Positions 1 to 6,715 of a DNA stretch of 14,133 nucleotides are shown here, in pieces; position 1 is the first letter of the stretch; each line of letters starts with the position of its first letter. The DNA lies in NCBI GenBank assembly GCA_048939765.1, contig JBHLPF010000056.1, positions 1 to 14,133 on the forward strand. The letters run 5' to 3'. Made by a program: the position numbers and the translations under genes. The DNA comes from Promethearchaeota archaeon (GTDB taxonomy: Archaea; Asgardarchaeota; Thorarchaeia; Thorarchaeales; Thorarchaeaceae). A model generated the notes under the pieces. That model saw only the letters and a program-made list of their open reading frames with translations, had not been told where the DNA came from and ran no database searches.

Positions 1-243
1 CGTGAATCCAGGCATTGAGGAATCGAAAGAGGTTGTGCCGTGTGCGGAGTATAGGCCATTCAATGTGACAGGTAATGATTCCGCAGTTCCTTCAAAAGAC
101 CCTTCGCCTTCCGCTGAATAGTTTGAATCGTTCTCTGGTAAAGGATATTGCAGCCCTGATGCACCTATTAGAGGTGTTGGTCCTTCAATCGATGGTGCAA
201 GAAAGAAGAGTATAATCACTGTAAGTGCGGCAATTCTTTTCAT
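1..243 (-). CDS. Secreted/surface protein, N-terminal part only (runs off window edge)
   Basis: Not in ORF track. ATG at 243 opens 81 codons to the edge: MKRIAALTVIILFFLAPSIEGPTPLIGASGLQYPLPENDSNYSAEGEGSFEGTAESLPVTLNGLYSAHGTTSFDSSMPGFT. Signal peptide (KR + hydrophobic core), N-X-S sequons NDS and NYS, G-rich RBS-like GGGTTGGTTGGG just upstream. Confidence 0.8.
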   Translation of the reverse strand, partial: MKRIAALTVIILFFLAPSIEGPTPLIGASGLQYPLPENDSNYSAEGEGSFEGTAESLPVTLNGLYSAHGTTSFDSSMPGFT

Positions 244-306
244 CCCAACCAACCCTTTGTGACTGCAATTAGCCCGCCTATACTATCACATACACTCATC
301 AAGCAG

Positions 307-354
307 GAGAGCAAACAGAATGCTCTCGAAGAAATGAAAAATAAACTATCTTCG
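307..354. promoter_or_regulatory. Two adjacent inverted repeats upstream of the secreted-protein gene (possible operator or terminator)
   Basis: GAGAGCA-N7-TGCTCTC (307-327) and CGAAGA-N16-TCTTCG (327-354). The second encloses an A-rich tract that reads TTTATTTTT on the minus strand. Confidence 0.35.
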
Positions 355-435
355 TCTATTCGAACCTATTATACATCAATATATACATTAAAAGGCAAAT
401 AGATTGAACCACTGATTGGAGAACTAGACGCTCTT

Positions 436-1005
436 CTATGGTTTCTGCCAATCTGTGATGAATGTCTTTGCAGCTTTTATCCAAGTCTGAACCATCTCAA
501 TAGTGAACTCATAGCCTTTTGGAACTTCAACGGCTCCGTCTGCCACGGCCTGAGTCACTTTCATCAGAAGAACATCTGCATCAGAGTTCGCTAAGTCTTG
601 GTAATTCCTAATTCCCACTTGGACAATAGCTTCCGAGTCCTCCTCCGAAATACCTTCCAACCAGCAGAATCGGCTCATGGCTTGCCACTTCGCCGCCATA
701 TCTTCTGATACGTCACAAATCCTAGCAACTTGAATGGTGCCTGCTGCGAGTAGATCTTCCACAGTTACGATACCAGCCCTCCGCAGCTTTCGACCATAGG
801 CTGATCCAATTCCTTCAATCGTTTCAATTGGTAGTTCTACCAGTTTTGCAGCTGGTTCTTCAACCTTGGGCACATACTCCTCTGTAGAAGTTTCCTCTTT
901 CGAGCCCTTTGCATAAGACGCAGCTTCTTTTTCAGCTGAGCCTCTCAAGCAGGCAACTCCTATGACTAGAGGAGCTAATAGCAGATATATCAGAAAAGGA
1001 TCCAT
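436..1005 (-). CDS. Membrane-anchored helix-hairpin-helix protein (DUF4332-like)
   Basis: Likely start ATG 1005 (MDPFLIYLLLAPLVIGVAC) with AAGGTGG RBS upstream. N-terminal TM helix, acidic linker, then tandem HhH-like repeats IETIEGIGSAYGRKLRRAGIVTVEDLL and LEGISEEDSEAIVQVGIRNYQDLA, ending VQTWIKAAK. Confidence 0.75.
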   Translation of the reverse strand: MDPFLIYLLLAPLVIGVACLRGSAEKEAASYAKGSKEETSTEEYVPKVEEPAAKLVELPIETIEGIGSAYGRKLRRAGIVTVEDLLAAGTIQVARICDVSEDMAAKWQAMSRFCWLEGISEEDSEAIVQVGIRNYQDLANSDADVLLMKVTQAVADGAVEVPKGYEFTIEMVQTWIKAAKTFITDWQKP

Positions 1006-1151
1006 TAAGTCTTCCACCTTACCAACAGAATAATACTGGTTGCTAACCCTCCATAAAGAACCTTCGCTGAATTTGTCCCTGAATCCTTTCACTTCAGTCT
1101 GCTGATGGTTTATCCAGAATCATATTATTAATAGAAGCGGACAAAACGAAA

Positions 1152-1631
1152 TTGCAGGTGTCACATGAAGTGCGACTTCCGGGGACAAATATCGAGGTCT
1201 TGGTTAGTTCCAATATCATTGAGATTCGAGATAATGATTATCTCCAGAGTATAGAATACAGTGGGAAGAAGTATGAGGACGTCCTCGATGAGATTCAACG
1301 CATAATGCACAACCGGGGCTGGGAGATTACGAAGCGTGTGATCAAATTTGTGTTGGATAGACTTGGCTTGCCAGAGGTTGAGTATTTTCCACCAGGTGAG
1401 CTGAGTGCCAATGAAGACACAGGCTTGAGTGAGATGATTGACAGCATAAAGGAACTCACAGGCCTAGAGGCTGAGGAAGCGAAAGCGCTCGCCGCTGAGG
1501 GCGAAAAGGATCTCAATTTCAAATTCCATGCCGAGAACGTCCCAAAGGAAGAGCCTTCTTCACAGCGGAATCACCAATCCAAGGATTCGAGTTTTGATTG
1601 GGAAGAAGCTCCTTCAGTTGGTTCTGAGTAG
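1152..1631 (+). CDS. Hypothetical protein: globular N-terminal ~80 aa plus acidic low-complexity tail
   Basis: 159-aa ORF filling the gap before AOR, TTG start (GTG 1158 is an alternative), AT-rich TATA-like TATTATTAATA at 1123-1133. No family recognised. Confidence 0.65.
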   Translation: MQVSHEVRLPGTNIEVLVSSNIIEIRDNDYLQSIEYSGKKYEDVLDEIQRIMHNRGWEITKRVIKFVLDRLGLPEVEYFPPGELSANEDTGLSEMIDSIKELTGLEAEEAKALAAEGEKDLNFKFHAENVPKEEPSSQRNHQSKDSSFDWEEAPSVGSE

Positions 1632-1693
1632 CTCGCCGCATTCTAAGATTTTCAAACCTATATGCGACATGCATCATTATTCATAACACTAGC

Positions 1694-1701
1694 ATAAATA
1701 G
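1694..1701 (+). promoter_or_regulatory. TATA-like box upstream of AOR
   Basis: ATAAATAG about 45 nt upstream of ATG 1745 in an AT-rich intergenic region. Confidence 0.35.
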
Positions 1702-1744
1702 AGTCTTTCCCATATATTAGGTCATTAGGGGGTTTTCACGAGAG

Positions 1745-3526
1745 ATGAGTAAAATTCTGCGAGTCAACATGACTGATATGAGTCACAAGTGGGAGGATGT
1801 GCCATCCGCCTATGAGACATTAGCTGGACGCGCTTTTACGTCTGCTGTTGTCAATGTAGAGGTTGAAGCGACGTGTCACCCGCTTCGTGAAAAGAACAAA
1901 TTCGCTATTTCGCCTGGCCTGCTGGCCGGAACTCTTGCACCATCCTCAGCACGATTAAGTGTTGGGGGGAAGTCACCAATGACGGGAGGCATAAAGGAGG
2001 CAAATGCCGGAGGTCTCACTGGGACAAGACTTGCTCGAATCGAAGTTAGGGGAGTTATCATCGAGGGAATGCCAAAGGATGACAACTGGTATAGCCTACT
2101 CATACGGAAGAACAAGGCAGAGATTGTGAAGTCAAACGATTATGCTGGCATGGGTCTCTATGATCTTATTGCGAAGATCTGGAAAGACTACGATTCCAAG
2201 CCAGGAATAATTGGGTGTGGGATCGCAGGGCAGCGACTTCTCACAAACGCAGGTATATTTGGCAACAACATCGAGAACTCGGATCCCGGTCGATATGCTG
2301 GTCGGGGCGGGCTTGGTGCTGTTCTTGGATCCAAGCACATTGTGGCTATCATAAGTGATGATACTGGCGGAAGTCGTCCCGAGGCCAGGGAAAAAGACAA
2401 ATTTGAGATGGGCAGGAAAAAGCTCGTAGCAGCATTGAACAAGCATCCTGTAACAGGGAAGCTCAAGGATGACAAGGGCAAGCCATTTGGCGGACTGAAG
2501 AACTATGGCACCAATATTCTTCAGAATATTATCAGTGAGGCAGGAGGTCTCCCAACAAGGGGCTTTCGTTCCGGTCGATTCGATAAAGCTGCAAAGATCT
2601 CTGGAGAAGCTGTCCATGCACTGGTTGATAAGTGCAAGGAGAAGTACGGCGACAAGTCAGAGGGGCGATATGGCCACCCATGCCATCCGGGATGCATAAT
2701 GGCATGCTCCAACGTCGTGCCTTACGAAGATTCAGGGAAGCTCCATGTTGCACCGCTTGAATACGAGTCAGCTTGGTCGCTCGGGGCAAACCTTGATATC
2801 GGAGTCCTCGACGATGTTGCAGAACTCAATCGATTGTGTAATGATATCGGTCTGGATACAATTGAGGCTGGCAACACCATTGCGATGTTCATGGAGGGCG
2901 GTGTTATCCCATTTGGAGATGGTCCTGCAGCGATCGAGCTGCTGAAGAAGGCCTATGATGAGAAGTCTGTGGAAGGCAAGCTTGTCTGTTCGAGCGCACA
3001 GATTGCTGGCGAAACTCTTGGTGTATCTAGAATTCCATCGGTGAAAGGACAGGCACTTCCTGCATATGACCCGCGACCGATTAGAGGAATTGGTGTTACA
3101 TATGCAACCTCCACAATGGGAGCTGATCACACGGCCGGATATACCATAGCAGCTGAGATTCTTGGCGTAAAGGGTAAAGTGACAGACCCACGAAGTCTTG
3201 ATAAAGCGGAGCTTTCACGCGCATATCAAGCCACAACGGCCTACATTGATTCGACCGGCTACTGTCTATTCATCGCATTCTGCATCTTGGATGATGATGA
3301 CGGATTTGCCGGAATGAAGGACACTGTCGACTCCTTCCTCGGCATGAAGATTGATGTCACAGAGTATGGCTCAGCGATTCTTAAGAACGAGCGGGAGTTC
3401 AACAAGAAAGCTGGCTTCACGAATAAGGACGACAGGTTGCCTGAGTTCTTCTATACCGAGCCATTGCCGCCACACAATGTGGTCTTTGAAGTCAGCGATG
3501 AAGAGCTGGATAAGGTGCACGGATAG
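1745..3526 (+). CDS. aor: Tungsten-dependent aldehyde:ferredoxin oxidoreductase (AOR family)
   Basis: MSKILRVNM start, KSPMTGGIKEANAGG, AGRGGLGAVLGSK, [4Fe-4S] ligands CHPGCIMAC and DSTGYC, EYES, CNDIGLDTI, VKGQALPAYDPR, GADHT, DDRLP; 593 aa. Confidence 0.97.
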   Translation: MSKILRVNMTDMSHKWEDVPSAYETLAGRAFTSAVVNVEVEATCHPLREKNKFAISPGLLAGTLAPSSARLSVGGKSPMTGGIKEANAGGLTGTRLARIEVRGVIIEGMPKDDNWYSLLIRKNKAEIVKSNDYAGMGLYDLIAKIWKDYDSKPGIIGCGIAGQRLLTNAGIFGNNIENSDPGRYAGRGGLGAVLGSKHIVAIISDDTGGSRPEAREKDKFEMGRKKLVAALNKHPVTGKLKDDKGKPFGGLKNYGTNILQNIISEAGGLPTRGFRSGRFDKAAKISGEAVHALVDKCKEKYGDKSEGRYGHPCHPGCIMACSNVVPYEDSGKLHVAPLEYESAWSLGANLDIGVLDDVAELNRLCNDIGLDTIEAGNTIAMFMEGGVIPFGDGPAAIELLKKAYDEKSVEGKLVCSSAQIAGETLGVSRIPSVKGQALPAYDPRPIRGIGVTYATSTMGADHTAGYTIAAEILGVKGKVTDPRSLDKAELSRAYQATTAYIDSTGYCLFIAFCILDDDDGFAGMKDTVDSFLGMKIDVTEYGSAILKNEREFNKKAGFTNKDDRLPEFFYTEPLPPHNVVFEVSDEELDKVHG

Positions 3527-3542
3527 ACACACGAGTCTAGAC

Positions 3543-3571
3543 AGGGGAGCTAACGCTCCCCTCTATCTTTT
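3543..3571 (+). terminator. GC-rich hairpin plus T-rich tail after aor
   Basis: Perfect 8-bp stem AGGGGAGC-TAAC-GCTCCCCT (3543-3562) followed by CTATCTTTT, 16 nt after the aor stop. Confidence 0.7.
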
Positions 3572-3624
3572 GAAAAGGCCAATATCTCATACCTTATCAG
3601 GAGCAACCACAAAGGAGACTCAGC

Positions 3625-3933
3625 ATGATCGAGATTCACCTCTACGGATGTCTCCGTGACCTTGTAACCGGAAGTCGTCCAGATGAAGACACCGTGCTAT
3701 ACCGTGAGGTGACTTCAGAGCAGACATTTGCTGATCTCATTTCTAGCCTCGGCCTCACAAAGGATGAGATTGGGGACTGCTTTATCAACGGGACATTGGC
3801 AAAACTGGATGATCCGATAAAGGATGGCGATCGAATTGGGATGTTCCCATTCAATATGGTTCTTCTTTGTGGCGGTCAACATTTGAAAGGGCATGGCTAT
3901 ACTAAGGATGACGTTGATGTTGACTACTATTAG
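3625..3933 (+). CDS. MoaD/ThiS-family beta-grasp (ubiquitin-like) protein with C-terminal extension beyond GG
   Basis: AAGGAG RBS at 3612-3617. MIEIHLYGCL start, FING, IKDGDRIGMFP fit the MoaD/ThiS pattern. LLCGG is followed by QHLKGHGYTKDDVDVDYY. Confidence 0.85.
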   Translation: MIEIHLYGCLRDLVTGSRPDEDTVLYREVTSEQTFADLISSLGLTKDEIGDCFINGTLAKLDDPIKDGDRIGMFPFNMVLLCGGQHLKGHGYTKDDVDVDYY

Positions 3934-3942
3934 GTGACACAT

Positions 3943-4185
3943 ATGAGAGTGAGTGTGAAACTCTATGCGACCCTTCAAGAATATTCGCCTCCTGAAACAG
4001 AACTGGGTAAGGAATTCTCAGTGGACCTAACGGGGAGAACTGTTATCGAACTTCTGTCCAAACTGGGAATCAAAGATGAGCAGGCAAAAATAGTCATGGT
4101 GAACGGAATCCGCATTGATACCTTGAGTTATGAATTGAAAGAGAATGATTTGATTGTGATATTCCCGCCTATTGGTGGCGGCTAG
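3943..4185 (+). CDS. MoaD/ThiS/SAMP-family sulfur carrier (ubiquitin-like)
   Basis: AGGTGA RBS (3932-3937) overlaps the upstream stop, supporting ATG 3943. VKLYATL, VMVNG, LKENDLIVIFPPIGGG with free C-terminal Gly-Gly. Confidence 0.93.
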   Translation: MRVSVKLYATLQEYSPPETELGKEFSVDLTGRTVIELLSKLGIKDEQAKIVMVNGIRIDTLSYELKENDLIVIFPPIGGG

Positions 4186-4198
4186 AAGTCTTACTCAA

Positions 4199-4339
4199 AT
4201 CTTGATTCACCTCGACATGCAGGAAGATTGGAATAGCAGATGTGCAAGTGAACCTTCGCTCCCTTCCTGTGAAGCAGGCGATAGAATCGAGTTACGTCCA
4301 ATTGGCCTTGGTTTAGAATATGGCGGACATCTTAAGTAG
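4199..4339 (+). pseudogene. Decayed, internally deleted copy of the extended MoaD-like gene (3625-3933)
   Basis: Reads ILIHLD...GDRIELRPIGLGLEYGGHLK* versus MIEIHLY...GDRIGMFPFNMVLLCGGQHLK. GATTCACCTC is shared (3633-3642 and 4204-4213). About 40 codons are missing and there is no equivalent start/RBS. Confidence 0.65.
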
Positions 4340-4381
4340 AGGCACGTAGAGTCATTTTGATTGCTCTGGGTGAGCTCCTTG

Positions 4382-4621
4382 ATGGTCAATGTGAAGCTAT
4401 ATGCAGGCTTGAGGAAATTCATGCCAAGTGATACTGAACTAGGCGATTTCTTTCAATACGAATTTCAGGGGAGCACGGTAAGCGATCTGTTAAAGACACT
4501 TGGCATAAAGGAAGTGCACGTACAAAATGTCATGATCAACGGGGAGCGGGCCATCGACTTCAGTGAGACTCTAGCTAAAGACGATCTTGTATCGATCTTT
4601 CCGCCCATTGGTGGCGGTTAG
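4382..4621 (+). CDS. MoaD/ThiS/SAMP-family sulfur carrier (ubiquitin-like), paralog of 3943-4185
   Basis: GGTGA RBS at 4369-4373, ATG 4382. VKLYAGL, VMING, DDLVSIFPPIGGG. About 39/78 identities to the upstream paralog by hand alignment. Confidence 0.93.
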   Translation: MVNVKLYAGLRKFMPSDTELGDFFQYEFQGSTVSDLLKTLGIKEVHVQNVMINGERAIDFSETLAKDDLVSIFPPIGGG

Positions 4622-4644
4622 CTTATGGCCAAAGGATTACTGAA

Positions 4645-5922
4645 TCAAATCTTGAGAATGAAACGCGGCATCAGGCGGGCCACGATTTCACACATATTGA
4701 GATTCACTGCTCTTCTGACAACCTCTCGTCCTCTATAGCTATACTCGAGTTCACGCGGATTAGAGAAGACCTTCTCCGATTCATGACCTGTCGACATGTC
4801 TGTGACATAGTGGCGTGTCCCTCCTTTTGATTCAATGACTCGATTGATTCCAAGAATTGAATCAAATTTGTATCCTCCACCATGCGGGAGGATATTGGCT
4901 CTTAGAAGCCGGTGAGAAACTCCGTATCTTTCAGCACGTCGTGTAAAACCGAGATGCTCCACTGCTTCAACATCGAAGTTGGGTTTGCCTTTCACAAGAT
5001 ATGCTGGTAGGTCTGCTCGAAGGGCAATTGGGAGCAAATTCCCGTCTTCCGTTATATTCTGACATCCCAGCAGATGATGATTCATGTTCTGAAGCCCTTG
5101 ATGTATAGGGTTGCATATTTCAGTGAACTCACCAAAAATGGCTTCAGCGGCATGAAGTCGTTTCTTTCTACTCAGCTCGCAGGCAAAGTCATTGAGCTTC
5201 AAGTACTCCACGGCAGCCTCGTCCTTGACCACCCAAGTCTTCCCAAATGGCGTATCAATTTCCTCGGCCATTTCACTAAGAATAGGGCTCTTGTGACGAT
5301 ATAATCCAAAACCGAAATGAGTGGAATTATCCCCTTTCAGCTCGGGGACGGATCCGTGAATGACGAAAATATACCTGTAGGAGGAATCAGCCTCCTCATC
5401 CAAAGGTTTGTGTCGATATAGGTCAATGAAGTGATTACTTACAGCGAAATCCCATTCAATGACGACGTCGTCTATGACCTCTTCCGATCCTAGAACCGTA
5501 CTGATATTGTCAATGAGCGAATCAATCTTTGGAAGATTATCGAGCCCACCAACGAGCATTCCACAGGCATTAGGCATGGAGTCAAGGAATATAACCTTCC
5601 TATCACCATCCCCCCAGGATAGCTTTCCCCCATAACCCAAACCGCTATTCCATCTTTTGACATTTCGAGTAACGGTCGCATCCGGAGCACCTACAAAGGT
5701 GGCATCAGGTTCCATGCCGAGCTGGAAAAGGGCATGATGGATTTTGGCCAATCCATATTTCATATTTGCGACACAGAGGGCATTTGCAGAATCCATCAGA
5801 CCACTTGAGAACACATGACCTGAGGCTCTGTCTAGCACATCATTTCGAGATAAAGATTCAAAATCTCTTGTCACTCTTTTCATCTCCAGATTCTTCCCAC
5901 TCATGGCAGACTGATTTGTCAC
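4645..5922 (-). CDS. Divergent RtcB-superfamily protein (putative metal-dependent nucleotidyltransferase/ligase)
   Basis: RtcB-like motifs in correct order: APDAT (D81), GLGYGG, PNACGM (C120), SNHFIDL (N163/H164), FVIHGS (H189), PIHQG (H274), LPHGGG (H347), ELEYSYR, C-terminal VARLMPRFILK. GTG start overlaps the upstream TGA (GTGA); ATG 5904 is an alternative. Confidence 0.75.
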   Translation of the reverse strand: MTNQSAMSGKNLEMKRVTRDFESLSRNDVLDRASGHVFSSGLMDSANALCVANMKYGLAKIHHALFQLGMEPDATFVGAPDATVTRNVKRWNSGLGYGGKLSWGDGDRKVIFLDSMPNACGMLVGGLDNLPKIDSLIDNISTVLGSEEVIDDVVIEWDFAVSNHFIDLYRHKPLDEEADSSYRYIFVIHGSVPELKGDNSTHFGFGLYRHKSPILSEMAEEIDTPFGKTWVVKDEAAVEYLKLNDFACELSRKKRLHAAEAIFGEFTEICNPIHQGLQNMNHHLLGCQNITEDGNLLPIALRADLPAYLVKGKPNFDVEAVEHLGFTRRAERYGVSHRLLRANILPHGGGYKFDSILGINRVIESKGGTRHYVTDMSTGHESEKVFSNPRELEYSYRGREVVRRAVNLNMCEIVARLMPRFILKI

Positions 5923-6575
5923 TGAGTTTCCACTAGTAGTTCTTCTCCGAAAAGGTCCTCAATGGAGGCCATCCTCGCGCTTAGGCGGTCTTCGACAACA
6001 AAAAGAAACTCAAGTAGTTCTTGATGCAGACTGTCTCCTAGCTCTTTGCTGACTTCGTAATTCAATTTGCCATAGTCATGCTTACGTTTCTCCATGTATT
6101 TGGTCATTATGCTCTCCATACTCCCCGTCTTACCAATAAAACCGCGAAGCAGTCCCATGAGACCAAGGCGGTCCAAGGTGTCTGCATCATAGACGATTTT
6201 TTCCTCTGGGGTAACTGGCGGTATCTTGGAGGTTGGAGTATGCCGGACAACTACTCGTGTAATTGTATCACGCACGTCCTTGTCAACATTGAGACCGTCA
6301 AGAAACTCCTCTGCTAGAGTACCCCCAAAGAGACCATGAATGTGTGAGAATACTCGATTGGTCTTACCAATGTCATGCATTAGAGCTCCAGCAATGCACA
6401 CAAACGGGTCGACGTCCTTGTCGATGTTCTTGGCAATCTCAATGGCATATTTACAGACCGTGAAGACATGAGAGTAGTCATGGCTGTCACTTTCTGCATG
6501 AGCCGCTCTCACAAACTCTTGCATCTGAAGCAACATCTTCAGCTCTTTCTCAGTTAGCATTCTTGCAAAGACCAT
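5919..6575 (-). CDS. HD-domain metal-dependent phosphohydrolase
   Basis: HDYSHVFTV, ALMHDIGK, SHIHG, VVRHT, VYDADTLD give a complete H...HD...H...H...D set. Start uncertain (ATG 6584, 6575 or 6560). Confidence 0.92.
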   Translation of the reverse strand: MVFARMLTEKELKMLLQMQEFVRAAHAESDSHDYSHVFTVCKYAIEIAKNIDKDVDPFVCIAGALMHDIGKTNRVFSHIHGLFGGTLAEEFLDGLNVDKDVRDTITRVVVRHTPTSKIPPVTPEEKIVYDADTLDRLGLMGLLRGFIGKTGSMESIMTKYMEKRKHDYGKLNYEVSKELGDSLHQELLEFLFVVEDRLSARMASIEDLFGEELLVETQ

Positions 6576-6715
6576 TTTGCTCATTCTAATATGGATGCAT
6601 TCCGAGTTAAAGAAATCGCACACACCTTTTATTCGACTTCTGTATCAAATATCAACCACATTAGATTCATAACATACCACTATCATTGTGTGTATGGTTA
6701 GGGAGACCGTGTAGG

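Noticed and set aside
3543-3562. Hairpin after aor as a SECIS element
   Set aside because: No in-frame TGA in aor or the Ubls, and the short perfect stem lacks SECIS-like internal motifs.
1876-3659. Alternative-frame and antisense ORFs inside aor (likewise those inside the ATPase, MBL and ggt genes)
   Set aside because: They overlap well-supported genes and show no recognisable motifs; treated as shadow ORFs.
3625-4185. In-frame TAG between the first two Ubl genes suggesting pyrrolysine or readthrough di-Ubl fusion
   Set aside because: The second gene has its own AGGTGA RBS and ATG 3943, same-frame placement is a 1-in-3 chance, and TAG is the dominant true stop here.
4207-4422. 71-aa minus-strand ORF between the Ubl genes
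   Set aside because: Overlaps the third Ubl, has no motifs, and the region is better explained as a plus-strand relic gene.
4645-5922. Naming the gene rtcB (canonical tRNA-splicing ligase)
   Set aside because: Signature motifs (DxxCG, HN, PGSMG, HGAGR) are altered, so only superfamily membership is supportable.
4382-5922. RtcB-like protein as the activating enzyme for the adjacent Ubls
   Set aside because: The genes are convergent, the Ubls are explained by aor, and nothing in the sequence links them beyond proximity.
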